The notes below the pieces were generated by a model. That model was not told where the DNA came from. It ran no database searches and was given only the letters and a program-made list of their open reading frames with translations. Of a stretch of 64,000 bases of DNA, positions 12,328 to 31,260 are shown piece after piece (positions within the stretch are counted from its first letter, which is position 1; the number at the start of each line of letters is the position of its first letter). The position numbers were made by a program, and so were the translations under genes. The DNA is from Escherichia phage vB_EcoM_AYO145A: the sequence record KR014248. The stretch is one strand, 5' to 3'.

Positions 12328-13674
12328 ATGAGTTCGAATATCTTCAGACTTGCTGATAGATTATTCAACCAACCTTTACTAGCCACTGAATCATTAGCTC
12401 ACTCAGCAGCAACTTATGTGAATAACAGATTGCTGGGTGATGTCCAAGCAGCAGTAAACTTTGATAAACCCAAAGGTGAAGCAAGAAGTCTTTTAAAAGT
12501 AAAAGATGACATTGCTATTATCCCTATTATGGGTGGTTTAACTCATCGTATGACATTCATTGATGCAATGTGTACAGGTGGTCTAAGCTCTTATGAAGGT
12601 TTACGTAGAGGCTTTGACGAAGCTTTAGCAGATGAGTCAATTAAGACTATTGTTCTGCATATTGATTCTGGTGGTGGTGAAGCTTCAGGTTGCTTTGAAT
12701 TAGCACGTCACATCATGGCTTCAAGAGGCCAAAAGAAAATTATTGCTTATGTAGATGAGTTCGCTTGTTCCGCTGCATATGCTCTTGCATCTTCTGCTGA
12801 AGAAATTATTGCATCACCAGATGCAGATGTTGGTTCTATCGGTGTAATCATGGTTCATCAGGAATTAACTAAGGCATTTGAAAAGAATGGCGTAACAATT
12901 AACGTCATTAAAGCTGGTGAGTTTAAAGGTATGGGTTCACCATTCCAAGCACTTTCAGAAGAAAGCAAAGAAAGACTTCAAAAGAGGATTAATGATACCT
13001 ACGCAACCTTCACAGGTTTTGTAGCTGAATCTCGTAATCTCTCTGAAGAAGCTGTAAAGAATACTGAGGCGAATGTTTATTCTGCTCAGGAAGCTCTTGA
13101 ACTTGGTTTAATTAACTCAATCATGTCTCAAGATGATTTCTTAAATTACTTACAAGGTTCTGAAGAGGCTCCTGTAAGTTTAAACGTTAACAATTCAGGT
13201 GAAGAAATGACTGAACAAGAAAAGCAAGAACTAGAAGCTTTGCGTCTTCAGGTTGCTCAAATGAAAGCTAAAGAACAGGAAGCTGCTTTGTCAGATTTGA
13301 CTAATAAGATTTCTGCTTCTGCTGAAGCTTTTGGATTTGATGCAAAAGAAGCTGCAACGACTATTTTAGGTGCTGGTCTTGATAACCCTCTGAGTGTTCT
13401 GTTTATGAATGCTATGGAAGGTGCTAACCAGAAACTTAATGAAACTATCGCGTCCCATGCTTCTGCAATGGAAGAAAAAGAATCAGAAATTACCAAGCTG
13501 AAAGAAACTGCTGGTGCTGTTCTTGAACATTCCAACGCTATGGAAGAAATGGGTAATGACGGCGAAGCTGATTTGGTTGAAGAAGAAAAAGAACCAGCTA
13601 AGAATGCTTCCGAAGACACCGCTGAACAACGCAAACTGGCTCTCCAGAATGCTCTAAAATCTCTTATCAAATAA
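12328..13674 (+). CDS. prohead protease (S49/ClpP-fold) fused to an acidic coiled-coil scaffold-like C-terminus
   Basis: Motifs IDSGGGEASG and FACSAAYALAS are typical of S49 serine peptidases. The C-terminal 170 aa are E/A/K-rich. Confidence 0.8.
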   Translation: MSSNIFRLADRLFNQPLLATESLAHSAATYVNNRLLGDVQAAVNFDKPKGEARSLLKVKDDIAIIPIMGGLTHRMTFIDAMCTGGLSSYEGLRRGFDEALADESIKTIVLHIDSGGGEASGCFELARHIMASRGQKKIIAYVDEFACSAAYALASSAEEIIASPDADVGSIGVIMVHQELTKAFEKNGVTINVIKAGEFKGMGSPFQALSEESKERLQKRINDTYATFTGFVAESRNLSEEAVKNTEANVYSAQEALELGLINSIMSQDDFLNYLQGSEEAPVSLNVNNSGEEMTEQEKQELEALRLQVAQMKAKEQEAALSDLTNKISASAEAFGFDAKEAATTILGAGLDNPLSVLFMNAMEGANQKLNETIASHASAMEEKESEITKLKETAGAVLEHSNAMEEMGNDGEADLVEEEKEPAKNASEDTAEQRKLALQNALKSLIK

Positions 13675-13685
13675 GGAACACAATA

Positions 13686-14063
13686 ATGGCATATCAAGGT
13701 TTTACTAAGTTAGGTAAAAGAGAACCTCTGAATGATATCATTCTTTGGGAACAGATTACCCCAACAGGTCACTCTCGTAAAGAGTACACTCCAGTTGCTT
13801 CAACAGAATACCGTGTAGGTGAAGTTCTGAAAGCAGACGGTACTAAAGTTGCAGCAGGGGAAGAAGCTCAGGCTGACTCTGTATGTATCGTTAACTTCTA
13901 CGCAGACTCACAACTGTCTTATCATGGTCAGTTGAAAGTGGTAGGTATCTACCGCGATGCAGAACTGAAAGACATGCTTACTCTTGAAGCAAGTGTTAAT
14001 GCTGATAGTGTTAAGGCAGCTCTGGCTGCTAAAGGTATTGATTTCGTACCAACTGGCCTGTAA
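13686..14063 (+). CDS. head decoration protein (lambda gpD-like position)
   Basis: 125 aa, lying between the protease and the major capsid gene as in the lambda C-D-E order. Confidence 0.5.
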   Translation: MAYQGFTKLGKREPLNDIILWEQITPTGHSRKEYTPVASTEYRVGEVLKADGTKVAAGEEAQADSVCIVNFYADSQLSYHGQLKVVGIYRDAELKDMLTLEASVNADSVKAALAAKGIDFVPTGL

Positions 14064-14096
14064 TAACAATAATAAGACATTCTGGAGAATTTTACA

Positions 14097-15200
14097 ATGT
14101 TGACTAATTCTGAAAAAAGCAGATTTTTCCTTGCTGACCTGACTGGTGAAGTCCAGTCTATCCCAAATACTTATGGGTATATTTCCAACTTAGGTCTGTT
14201 CCGTTCAGCACCAATCACCCAAACTACTTTCCTGATGGACTTGACTGATTGGGATGTTAGCTTGCTTGATGCGGTAGACCGTGATAGCCGTAAAGCAGAG
14301 ACTAGCGCACCTGAGCGTGTTCGTCAAATCAGCTTCCCAATGATGTACTTCAAAGAAGTTGAAAGCATTACTCCTGATGAGATTCAGGGTGTACGTCAGC
14401 CAGGCACTGCAAACGAACTGACTACTGAAGCTGTAGTACGTGCTAAGAAGCTGATGAAGATTCGTACCAAGTTCGATATTACTCGTGAGTTCCTGTTTAT
14501 GCAAGCTCTGAAGGGTAAAGTTGTTGATGCTCGTGGTACTCTGTACGCTGACCTGTACAAGCAGTTCGATGTTGAGAAGAAGACTATTTACTTCGACCTT
14601 GACAACCCTAATGCTGACATCGACGCTTCTATTGAAGAACTGCGTATGCACATGGAAGACGAAGCTAAGACTGGCACTGTAATCAACGGTGAAGAGATTC
14701 ACGTAGTTGTTGACCGTGTATTCTTCAGCAAACTGACTAAGCATCCTAAGATTCGTGATGCTTATCTTGCACAGCAGACTCCGCTGGCTTGGCAACAGAT
14801 TACTGGTTCTCTGAGAACTGGTGGTACTGACGGCGTTCAGGCTCATATGAACACCTTCTACTACGGTGGTGTTAAGTTTGTCCAGTACAACGGTAAGTTC
14901 AAAGACAAGCGTGGTAAGGTTCACACTCTGGTTAGCATTGATGGTGCAGCAGCAACTGTTGGTGTTGGTCATGCCTTCCCTAACGTTTCTATGCTGGGTG
15001 AAGCAAACAACATCTTCGAAGTGGCATATGGTCCATGCCCTAAGATGGGTTATGCAAATACACTTGGTCAGGAACTGTACGTATTCGAATACGAAAAAGA
15101 CCGTGACGAAGGTATTGACTTCGAAGCTCACTCTTACATGCTGCCATACTGTACTCGTCCTCAGTTGCTGGTAGATGTTCGTGCTGACGCCAAAGACTAA
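14097..15200 (+). CDS. major capsid protein (lambda gpE-like family)
   Basis: 367 aa with strongly biased, highly-expressed-type codon usage. Position follows the protease and decoration genes. Confidence 0.85.
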   Translation: MLTNSEKSRFFLADLTGEVQSIPNTYGYISNLGLFRSAPITQTTFLMDLTDWDVSLLDAVDRDSRKAETSAPERVRQISFPMMYFKEVESITPDEIQGVRQPGTANELTTEAVVRAKKLMKIRTKFDITREFLFMQALKGKVVDARGTLYADLYKQFDVEKKTIYFDLDNPNADIDASIEELRMHMEDEAKTGTVINGEEIHVVVDRVFFSKLTKHPKIRDAYLAQQTPLAWQQITGSLRTGGTDGVQAHMNTFYYGGVKFVQYNGKFKDKRGKVHTLVSIDGAAATVGVGHAFPNVSMLGEANNIFEVAYGPCPKMGYANTLGQELYVFEYEKDRDEGIDFEAHSYMLPYCTRPQLLVDVRADAKD

Positions 15201-15221
15201 TATTCTTAAGGAGGGTTATGA

Positions 15222-15671
15222 ATGTGTTATACAGGCGACCCAGCCAATAACCCTCTTGATAGAGTAAGAATCCTCTGCACAGACACTAATAATGATGAAA
15301 TTCTTATTGAGCAGTCTGTGCTAGAGTGGTTCTATCTAGAATCTGGAAAGGATGAAAAGAAAGCAGCCATCAAAGCTCTTAAATATTTACTCTTTCAAGT
15401 AGCCAAGATGGGAGATGAGAAGGTTGGTGGTGTTTATTTACGTAACTCTTCCAGATTCAAATCTCTGAAAGCTGTTTATGACGACCTTGTTAAAAGCTCT
15501 GTTTCAGGACTACCCTATGCAGGTGGTATTAATCAGTGTGATATTGACATGCGTCGTCAGAATCCTTGCTCTGTCAAGAAATACACAGAATATGGTGATG
15601 CTGCCAGATACGAGGGCAGAGATTACTGCAACCGTGTTAATGGCGTATTTATTATCGAGCGAGATGAATAA
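15222..15671 (+). CDS. hypothetical head-tail connector region protein
   Basis: 149-aa ORF with GGAGGG RBS. Confidence 0.6.
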   Translation: MCYTGDPANNPLDRVRILCTDTNNDEILIEQSVLEWFYLESGKDEKKAAIKALKYLLFQVAKMGDEKVGGVYLRNSSRFKSLKAVYDDLVKSSVSGLPYAGGINQCDIDMRRQNPCSVKKYTEYGDAARYEGRDYCNRVNGVFIIERDE

Positions 15672-16153
15672 TGGTTAAAAGGGTTATTCACCCCGCTAGA
15701 GCAAAATTAGTCGGGGCTATGAAGAACTTGCAAACGGCTAATGCTCAAGTTGGGTATTTTCAAGAACAAGGTCAACATAGCTCTGGTTTTTCTTATCCTG
15801 CTTTAATGTATTTACAAGAAGTTATTGGAGTCCCTTCAGCTTCTGGTAAAGTATATCGTAGGTTGTTTGAAATCACTATGATGCTAAACAAACAGACCTT
15901 GTTAGAGCAGACTAAGAAGAATCTATATAAGCAACTTAGCAGTCTCAACACAGACCCTTCAAATACCTTAGAAGCATTTGCAAAGAATGCTCAAAAGGCA
16001 ATTAAAAAGGGTTTTGGTAATTCTGCTATCCTCCCTCCTAACGCACCTTCCACAGTCAAGAAAAAAGGCTTTAATGCACCTCTTGTTGAGACAGGTGACT
16101 TAAGAGATAACCTTGCTTATAAAATTTCTACTAAGAAGGGTATTAAGAAATGA
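15671..16153 (+). CDS. hypothetical head-tail connector region protein
   Basis: 160-aa ORF with overlapping stop/start. Confidence 0.6.
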   Translation: MVKRVIHPARAKLVGAMKNLQTANAQVGYFQEQGQHSSGFSYPALMYLQEVIGVPSASGKVYRRLFEITMMLNKQTLLEQTKKNLYKQLSSLNTDPSNTLEAFAKNAQKAIKKGFGNSAILPPNAPSTVKKKGFNAPLVETGDLRDNLAYKISTKKGIKK

Positions 16154-16551
16154 GACTCTTAAACAGACACAGCTTTGTAGTAAAGCGTAAAGTCTCTGAA
16201 GACGGTTATTATAACGATGATGGTGATTGGGTAGCTTCACAAGATATTGTAGAGGTTAACTGTAAAGGTAATATCCAGCCATATATCAAAGGTTCTGTAA
16301 AGAATGGTACACAGATTGCTTTACCGGAAGGTATTAGACTTACTGATACAAGAATCCTGTATACCACATATAAGCTTAGGACTTCAGATGATGTAGAGTG
16401 GAATGAGTCTGACATTGTTATGATTGATGGTCATGAGTATGAAGTATTTATGACTATGGATTGGTCACAGCAATTAGCCCATACGTCCCATTATGAATAT
16501 ATCATTATTAGAAGGGATAAAATGAATGCAGTTAGAAACAGCAGAACTTGA
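16150..16551 (+). CDS. hypothetical head-tail connector region protein
   Basis: 133-aa ORF with ATGA overlap. Confidence 0.6.
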   Translation: MRLLNRHSFVVKRKVSEDGYYNDDGDWVASQDIVEVNCKGNIQPYIKGSVKNGTQIALPEGIRLTDTRILYTTYKLRTSDDVEWNESDIVMIDGHEYEVFMTMDWSQQLAHTSHYEYIIIRRDKMNAVRNSRT

Positions 16552-17002
16552 AAAAGGTCTAGTTAGAACCTTAGTGGATGTTATTGGTCACAGATTAGCT
16601 CGTGATAAAAATAATAGGCCAAACGTAATTAGAGCTTACCCTTCTGATAACTCAAATGACAAAGGTTTAAAACCTGACCAGCCATTTATTACCGTATATT
16701 GTCAAGATGCTGCAACACCTTATGGTTGGGTTCTTGATAAGTTTGTTGAGGATGATGTAGTTTGCTACAGAATTGCTTTTCAGATTCCAGTATTAATTAC
16801 GGTGAATGGTAAAGGTGCTCACAGTATTATGCTTGAGCTTAAACAACGATTAGAGATGAGTTCAGTCAGAGATTTAATCCTTGAAGAAACAGGGGCTACA
16901 GTACTAGACACTGGAGCAATCCCTAATGACTATACTTATCTCAATACAGATTTCGAAAATTCTGCACCTCTTGTTGTAACTCTTGTAAAAATTCAGTCCT
17001 GA
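16526..17002 (+). CDS. hypothetical tail-completion region protein
   Basis: 158-aa ORF with AAGGGA RBS. It is followed by a 120-nt coding-like gap (see findings). Confidence 0.6.
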   Translation: MQLETAELEKGLVRTLVDVIGHRLARDKNNRPNVIRAYPSDNSNDKGLKPDQPFITVYCQDAATPYGWVLDKFVEDDVVCYRIAFQIPVLITVNGKGAHSIMLELKQRLEMSSVRDLILEETGATVLDTGAIPNDYTYLNTDFENSAPLVVTLVKIQS

Positions 17003-17124
17003 AAGATGAACGTGGAAGTATTATTGAGCGTGTCATTGTTGATGGTGAGTTGGTTTACGAAGAAGGACAAGAGCCACCAGAATATACTATCCATCTAGAT
17101 GTAGACTCCAAAGGGGTAAAATAA

Positions 17125-18477
17125 ATGTGGAATCCAATTGTTAATGTAGATATTACATTGAACACCGCAGGAACTACAAGAGAAGGTTTTGGTTTGCCAC
17201 TATTCTTAGCTTCAACAGATAACTTTGAAGAGAGAGTTCGTGGCTACACTTCCTTAACTGAAGTTGCTGAAGACTTCGATGAGAATACTGCTGCATATAA
17301 GGCTGCTAAACAACTTTGGAGTCAGACTCCTAAAGTAACTCAGCTTTATATTGGTAGACGTTCTATGCAGTACACTGTATCAATTCCTGATGCCGTTTCC
17401 GAAAGTACAGACTACTCAATTACTGTAGCTGTTGGTGGTGGAATCTCTCAACCATTCCAGTACACAGCACAAAGCTCAGACACTGCTGAGGTGGTTTTGC
17501 AACAGTTTAAAACACAGATTGAAGCTGACCCAACAATCAAAGATAAGGTTTCTGTGAACGTAACTGGTAGTGCTGGTTCTGCCACAATGATTATTACTAA
17601 AGCTGGTGATAATGACTTTGTGAAAGTAACAACCACAGCACAGACTGTATATATTGCAGGTACAACTGCCGATACAGCATCAACTGCTCTGGCAGCCATT
17701 GAAGCTTATTCTACTGACTGGTATTTCATTGCAGCGGAAGACAGAACTCAACAGTTTGTCTTAGCAATGGCTTCTGAGATTCAGGCTCGTAAGAAAATCT
17801 TCTTTACAGCCAACTCCGATGTAACAGCACTACAAGGCACGGAGTTAGCCAGTGCAAATGATGTTCCAGCACAGCTTGCTAAGGGTATGTATACTCGCAC
17901 AGTTTGCTTGTGGCATCACGCAGCGGCAGAAGACTATCCAGAAATGGCATACATTGCTTATGGTGCTCCATATGATGCAGGTTCAATTGCTTGGGGTAAT
18001 GCTCAGCTAACTGGTGTAGCTGCTTCTCTACAGCCAGCTAATAAGAGACCTCTGACAAGTATTCAGAAGTCAGCTTTAGATGCACGTCACTGTAACTTTA
18101 TCGACCTTGATGGTGGTGTTCCAGTGGTTCGTAGAGGGATTACTTCTGGTGGGGAATGGATTGATATCGTCCGTGGTGTTGACTGGTTAGAATCAGACCT
18201 GAAAACTTCTCTGAGAGACTTGCTAATTAACCAGAAGGGTGGTAAGATTACTTATGATGATACTGGTATTACCCGTATTCGTCAAGTCATTGAAACCTCT
18301 CTACAAAGAGCAGTCAACAGAAACTTCCTGTCATCTTACACAGTTAATGTTCCTAAAGCCTCTCAAGTTGCTTTGGCAGACAAGAAAGCTCGTATCCTGA
18401 AAGATGTTACCTTCGCAGGTATCTTAGCAGGGGCTATCTTGGATGTTGACTTGAAAGGTACAGTGGCTTACGAATAA
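17125..18477 (+). CDS. tail sheath protein
   Basis: 450 aa, directly upstream of a 148-aa tube-sized gene, chaperones and the tape measure. AAAGGGG RBS. Confidence 0.75.
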   Translation: MWNPIVNVDITLNTAGTTREGFGLPLFLASTDNFEERVRGYTSLTEVAEDFDENTAAYKAAKQLWSQTPKVTQLYIGRRSMQYTVSIPDAVSESTDYSITVAVGGGISQPFQYTAQSSDTAEVVLQQFKTQIEADPTIKDKVSVNVTGSAGSATMIITKAGDNDFVKVTTTAQTVYIAGTTADTASTALAAIEAYSTDWYFIAAEDRTQQFVLAMASEIQARKKIFFTANSDVTALQGTELASANDVPAQLAKGMYTRTVCLWHHAAAEDYPEMAYIAYGAPYDAGSIAWGNAQLTGVAASLQPANKRPLTSIQKSALDARHCNFIDLDGGVPVVRRGITSGGEWIDIVRGVDWLESDLKTSLRDLLINQKGGKITYDDTGITRIRQVIETSLQRAVNRNFLSSYTVNVPKASQVALADKKARILKDVTFAGILAGAILDVDLKGTVAYE

Positions 18478-18492
18478 TAGAGGTAAATTGGA

Positions 18493-18939
18493 ATGGCTAT
18501 GTATCAGCAATATTCCCCTAAAGACGTTGTATGTAGCTGGAATGGTATTGCCATTGAAGGCTTTGCCCCAGACTCATTCTTACGTCTACAGAGAACATCA
18601 CCACTTGTGACACCAGTTGTTGGTGCAGGTGGTCAGGTTGCTCTGACAAGAAATGCAGACAAGACAGGTACTATTGAGATTGAGTTAATGCAGACTTCTC
18701 TCTCTAACCAGATGCTTTCTGCAATTCAAGCTAAACAAGACAATATGGAACTTGAAGAAGATATCTCTTCTAACTTCGTAATCTACGACCCATCAGGCTC
18801 TGTTCTGGCAACTGGTATTAATGCTTGGTTGCAGGAATTACCACAGATTGAACTTGGTCGTGACCAGAACTCTAAAACTTGGATTTTTGGTTGTGAGAAG
18901 CTAGACTACACTTCTACAATTCCAGCGTCAAGTGTTTAA
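18493..18939 (+). CDS. tail tube protein
   Basis: 148 aa, follows the sheath gene and is followed by a strong terminator. Confidence 0.7.
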   Translation: MAMYQQYSPKDVVCSWNGIAIEGFAPDSFLRLQRTSPLVTPVVGAGGQVALTRNADKTGTIEIELMQTSLSNQMLSAIQAKQDNMELEEDISSNFVIYDPSGSVLATGINAWLQELPQIELGRDQNSKTWIFGCEKLDYTSTIPASSV

Positions 18940-18952
18940 TAAATCCTATAAG

Positions 18953-18984
18953 GGGGAGACTTTAAAAGGTCTTCCCCTTTTTTG
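18953..18984 (+). terminator. rho-independent terminator after the tail tube gene
   Basis: GGGGAGAC / GTCTTCCCC stem followed by a T-run. Confidence 0.75.
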
Positions 18985-19011
18985 TTTCTTTTAAAGTATT
19001 AAGGAATCACA

Positions 19012-19410
19012 ATGAAAACAGAATCTAGAGTAATTAATGGTAAAAAAGTAAATATCATTCTGCTTGGGGCAAGAGATGGTATTAAGATGTCTATGAAGTT
19101 GGGTAAGATTGTTGTTCCAACCTTTGCACAGATGCTATCAAGTCTGACTGATAAAGATAAGAAAGAAGCTCCAATGGTTCCGTTTAAAGAACTTGTTGAA
19201 GCTTGCTTTGACAGAATTGAAGAAATTAACCTTGAAGAAATGGCTACCATGTTATTTCAAGGGGCAACTGTTGATGACTTCCCACTTAATATTGATACAT
19301 ACTTCCAAGCAAACTATGGTGAATTTATTGATTACTTAGCATTTGCGCTGGAGGCAAACTTCGGAAGTTTTTTCGAAGCAAGCATTTTCAAAAGCCTAAC
19401 TTCTCAGTAA
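19012..19410 (+). CDS. tail assembly chaperone (G-like)
   Basis: 132 aa, upstream of the tape measure. Contains the slippery heptamer T TTT TTC at 19368-19374 in the correct phase. Confidence 0.7.
   Translation: MKTESRVINGKKVNIILLGARDGIKMSMKLGKIVVPTFAQMLSSLTDKDKKEAPMVPFKELVEACFDRIEEINLEEMATMLFQGATVDDFPLNIDTYFQANYGEFIDYLAFALEANFGSFFEASIFKSLTSQ
19368..19374 (+). promoter_or_regulatory. -1 programmed ribosomal frameshift slippery heptamer (T TTT TTC)
   Basis: The heptamer is in X_XXY_YYZ phase with codons AGT TTT TTC of 19012..19410. The -1 frame is open from 19332 and runs into ORF 19413..19652. Confidence 0.65.
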
Positions 19411-19412
19411 AC

Positions 19413-19651
19413 ATGGGTAACACTCTACAGACACCACTAACTGATGCTGCTGTAGAGGCAACCTATGAAGAAGCAGACGAGATGAAATTTGTGCTTGCTA
19501 TTTATGGTATGGAAGGGTGTAAAGAAACACTTGACCAACTCTTTGCTATGACATTCTCTGATTTATTATCATTGAGACAATTTCTTGAAATTCAGAGGTC
19601 GTATAAAGAGGAAATTGCTTACAACGAACTTAGAAGAGCAGGAAAAATGTA

Positions 19652-19652
<1 letters not shown>
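19413..19652 (+). CDS. tail assembly chaperone extension ORF (T-like, probably expressed as a -1 frameshift fusion)
   Basis: 79-aa ORF in the -1 frame relative to 19012..19410. That frame is open from 19332. Confidence 0.6.
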
Positions 19653-27668
<8,016 letters not shown>

Positions 27669-27670
27669 TA

Positions 27671-28843
27671 ATGGCAGTAGGTGAAATTCAAATTAGTGCC
27701 TTGCCTCAAGCAGCTTTACCAATTGACCTTAGTGATATCTTCCATCTTAAGCAGGGTATTGAGGATAAGAGATGCACTCTTGAGCAATTGCTTGCTCCAC
27801 ACTCAAGCCTAAGAAATAACCCTCATGGTGTTACTAAAACACAAATTGGTTTAGATAATGTTATTAATGCTCTTCAGTTAGTTGCTGCAAATAACTTATC
27901 AGATATTGTTAATGTAGCTGAGGCAAGAGCAAATCTACAGATTATGTCTTCCGAAGAGGTTAATAGTCTTGTTCAACAGCATATTAATGATAAGAGTAAT
28001 CCGCACAATACAACTAAGGCACAGGTAGGGTTGAGTAATGTCCAGAACTGGACAACATCTAACCTTTATAATGAAGATGCAGATAAGTATGCTACAGCGA
28101 GAGCAGTAAATAACTTGTACAAGGCTGTTCAGGCTTCCTATCCAGTAGGTACTATCCATCTTTCCATGAACTCTGCAAACCCTTCTACATATTTAATTTG
28201 TGGAGGAACTTGGGAGTTAGTTTCAAAAGGTAGGGCATTAGTTGGTTATGACTCTGACACAAGACCAGCAGGTTCTGTATTTGGTGCTTCAACTGTCACT
28301 TTATCAGTTAATAATATGCCTCAACACTCTCACTCTGTATCTCTTAGTGGTGGTGGTCATACCCATAATGCAACTGTGTCAATTTCAGCTTTTGACTATG
28401 GAACTAAGACTACCAACTCTTTTGACTATGGAACAAAGGGTACTAATACAACAGGTAACCATACGCACAACGTATCAGGTAACACAAGTACAAATGGTAC
28501 TCACAACCACGATGTGTACCCTAGAGAAAATGATGGTACTGGTAATGCTGTAGCTGACTCCGATGGTGGTGGTGCAAGAAGAACATCAAGGACATCGAGT
28601 GATGGTGCACACTCACATAGTTTTAATGTTACATCTGGTGCATCCGGTGACCACAGCCACACAGTCGGTATTGGTGCTCACAGCCACACAGTCGGTATTG
28701 GTTCACATACACACAGTGGTACTGTGACAGTTTCTTCTTCTGAGCATACACATAGTGGCAATACAAATAGTGTTGGTGGAGGTCAGGCGGTTAATATTGA
28801 ACAGCCATCCTTCGTACTGTATGTATGGCAGAGAACAGCTTAA
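27671..28843 (+). CDS. tail fibre protein with HxH repeats and tail-collar-like C-terminus
   Basis: 390 aa. Repeated [16 protein letters not shown] motifs, and a C-terminus ([13 protein letters not shown]) paralogous to that of the next gene. Confidence 0.8.
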   Translation: MAVGEIQISALPQAALPIDLSDIFHLKQGIEDKRCTLEQLLAPHSSLRNNPHGVTKTQIGLDNVINALQLVAANNLSDIVNVAEARANLQIMSSEEVNSLVQQHINDKSNPHNTTKAQVGLSNVQNWTTSNLYNEDADKYATARAVNNLYKAVQASYPVGTIHLSMNSANPSTYLICGGTWELVSKGRALVGYDSDTRPAGSVFGASTVTLSVNNMPQHSHSVSLSGGGHTHNATVSISAFDYGTKTTNSFDYGTKGTNTTGNHTHNVSGNTSTNGTHNHDVYPRENDGTGNAVADSDGGGARRTSRTSSDGAHSHSFNVTSGASGDHSHTVGIGAHSHTVGIGSHTHSGTVTVSSSEHTHSGNTNSVGGGQAVNIEQPSFVLYVWQRTA

Positions 28844-28889
28844 TTTCTTTACAGGGGCTATCAAGCCCCTTTTAAGAGGAAAATTTACA

Positions 28890-31253
28890 ATGGCAGATTA
28901 CAAGTTGAGTGAATTAAACTCAATCGATACAATCCGTTCAGATGACCTTCTTCATGTCAGAGTTAAAAAGAGACCTGAAATGCTGGGTGATGAAGACCGT
29001 CGAATGACCTATCAAGACTTCTTAGCATCTTTTAATCTTGAAAGATTTGTTCAGATTGCTGGTAGCACTATGACGGGTGACTTAGGGATTGTTAAGTTAC
29101 TTTATGGTGGTAAGGCAGTCTTTGACCCAACAGGCTCTTCTGAGATTAATATTGGGGATGTTTTAAAGACTTTTAAAATTAACTCAAACGGTCTTAGACT
29201 AACTATTGCAGATGCTTCAAGGTCAGCAACTGTTTATCATACCCTGAATAAACCAAGTCCTAATGAGCTTGGGATGAGAACTAATGAAGAGAATGATGCA
29301 AGATATGCAAGACTTGCTGTTACAAACTCATTCCAAGCTAAACAGAGTGTCGTAGCAAATGGCGAGCAGTTGACACTGAAGACCCCTGCTGGTGCAAGTG
29401 AGGCATACTCCGCTATTGTAGGTCGAAATGCCAATAATGATAAAACTTGGGCTGTTGGGAATCTAACTCAAGGAAGTCTTGATGTTCATCTCGAAAACAG
29501 CAGAGGTTCAAGAATCACTCTAGGTGCAATTGTGTCTGTTAATAAGGCTCTTGCTATTACTGGACAGGTTCAACCTTCTGACTTCTCTAACTTAGATGCT
29601 AGATATTTTACTCAGGCAGTTGCTAACCAGAGATTTGCACAGTTAGCTGCTAATAACACTTTTAGTGGTGCAAACACATTCACTAATTCCGTCAGTGTGA
29701 ACTCTGATGCTGCTGCTATCATTCTCAAAAATAAAACTGTTAATGATAATTTGTTCATCCTAGCAAGAGACAGTGAAAACAATAATTTGTGGTATATTGG
29801 TAAAGGTGATACAAACTCTAATGTCACATTATATGATTATAAGGGTGGTACTTCTATTAAATTAGACTCATCTGGTGTAACATTTAATAAGGTTGTAAAA
29901 ATCATTGGTCAAGTTCAACCTTCTGATTGGGCTAACATTGACTCTAGATACATTCCAGCAGCTACTTTGAATAATCTTGCTAAGATTAATGTATCTAATA
30001 CATTCACGAATACACAAACTATTGTTGCTAACAATGAAGGGTTGATTGTAAAGAATTTAACACAAAATCAGCCTTTGTATATCCGTGGTGTTGATACCAC
30101 AAACACCTCTAGATGGTGGATTGGTGTAGGAGGGAACAATTCTAACGTGGTTACTTGGAGCAACAGCTACTCTGGCACAGCAATTGCCCTTGAACAATCA
30201 GTAATTGTGGCTAACAAGAGTCTTGCTATCGCTGGTCAAGTTCAACCTTCTGACTTCTCTAACTTAGATGCTAGGTACTATACGCAATCTGTTGCGAACT
30301 CTAGGTACATGCTTGCAAGCCTCACTGGTTCAGCTTCTGAAAAGGATGGTGGGAATGGGGTTGCATGGAATGCTAGAACAGGGCTATACAATGTTACCAA
30401 CACTACTGGTGGAGCATCTTTTCTTGTATCTCATATGTTTTTAGGTGCTGGCTCTACACCATCTGCACAATTAAAATTTGAATACAGAAATGGTGGGATG
30501 TGGTATAGAACATCAAGAGATGCCTATGGCTTCGAAGTTAATTGGTCTAAGGTTTACACGGAAGCACAAAAACCAACCCCTTCAGATATTGGTGCATACA
30601 CTAAAGCTGAAACTGACCAGAAGATTGCACAGGCAGTAAGTGACTCTACAGACCTTAATAAAATCTATCCAGTAGGTATTGTAACGTGGTTTAACAGCAA
30701 CGTTAACCCTAATACAGCACTTCCTGGTCTAACTTGGACGTACCTGAATAATGGTGTTGGGAGAACTATTAGAATTGCAGCAGCAAATGGTTCAGATGTT
30801 GCTACAACTGGTGGTTCAGATTCTGTAACGTTAGCTGTTGGTAACTTACCATCACACACTCACAGCTTCTCTGCTACCACTTCATCTTTTGATTATGGTA
30901 CGAAGGGGACTAATAGTACTGGTGGTCACACTCACTCTGGTAGTGGTTCTACCAGCACAAATGGTGAGCACAGCCACTACATCGAGGCATGGAACGGGAC
31001 TGGTGCAGGTGGTAGTAAGATGTCATCGTATGCCGTAGCATATAGGGCGGGTGGGAGTAACACTAATGCAGCAGGAAACCACAGCCACACTTTCTCTTTC
31101 TCAACTAACAATACTGGCGCTCACACACACTCTGTAGGTATTGGTGCTCACAGCCACACAGTTAGTGGTAACACTGGTGGTACAGGCTCTGGTTCAGCAT
31201 TTAGTGTTACTAACCAGTTCTACAAATTAATGGCTTGGGTAAGAACTGCTTAA
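28890..31253 (+). CDS. long tail fibre protein with three about 110-aa tandem modules and an HxH-repeat C-terminus
   Basis: Track ORF 28755..31253 trimmed to the ATG after AAGAGGA. Contains internal repeats ([15 protein letters not shown] x3) and an HxH C-terminus ending WVRTA. Confidence 0.8.
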   Translation: MADYKLSELNSIDTIRSDDLLHVRVKKRPEMLGDEDRRMTYQDFLASFNLERFVQIAGSTMTGDLGIVKLLYGGKAVFDPTGSSEINIGDVLKTFKINSNGLRLTIADASRSATVYHTLNKPSPNELGMRTNEENDARYARLAVTNSFQAKQSVVANGEQLTLKTPAGASEAYSAIVGRNANNDKTWAVGNLTQGSLDVHLENSRGSRITLGAIVSVNKALAITGQVQPSDFSNLDARYFTQAVANQRFAQLAANNTFSGANTFTNSVSVNSDAAAIILKNKTVNDNLFILARDSENNNLWYIGKGDTNSNVTLYDYKGGTSIKLDSSGVTFNKVVKIIGQVQPSDWANIDSRYIPAATLNNLAKINVSNTFTNTQTIVANNEGLIVKNLTQNQPLYIRGVDTTNTSRWWIGVGGNNSNVVTWSNSYSGTAIALEQSVIVANKSLAIAGQVQPSDFSNLDARYYTQSVANSRYMLASLTGSASEKDGGNGVAWNARTGLYNVTNTTGGASFLVSHMFLGAGSTPSAQLKFEYRNGGMWYRTSRDAYGFEVNWSKVYTEAQKPTPSDIGAYTKAETDQKIAQAVSDSTDLNKIYPVGIVTWFNSNVNPNTALPGLTWTYLNNGVGRTIRIAAANGSDVATTGGSDSVTLAVGNLPSHTHSFSATTSSFDYGTKGTNSTGGHTHSGSGSTSTNGEHSHYIEAWNGTGAGGSKMSSYAVAYRAGGSNTNAAGNHSHTFSFSTNNTGAHTHSVGIGAHSHTVSGNTGGTGSGSAFSVTNQFYKLMAWVRTA
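29568..30274 (+). repeat. tandem about 330-nt modules inside the long tail-fibre gene
   Basis: The identical 35-nt GTTCAACCTTCTGACTTCTCTAACTTAGATGCTAG occurs at 29568-29602 and 30240-30274, with a diverged third copy starting at 29913. Confidence 0.8.
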
Positions 31254-31260
31254 TCCCTTA

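Noticed and set aside
14205-15131. 308-aa ORF antisense to the major capsid gene.
   Set aside because: It lies entirely inside, and opposite to, a strongly supported highly-expressed-type gene. It has no RBS and a low-complexity, odd composition. This is a typical artefact of stop-poor antisense frames.
28755-28889. N-terminal extension of the long tail-fibre ORF that overlaps the preceding fibre gene.
   Set aside because: The ATG at 28890 has a strong AAGAGGA RBS and starts a sensible N-terminus ([11 protein letters not shown]). The upstream part is the out-of-frame 3' end of the previous gene. Comparable trims were applied to 6984, 8385, 10009, 38417, 42398, 53649, 53927, 60619 and 61518.
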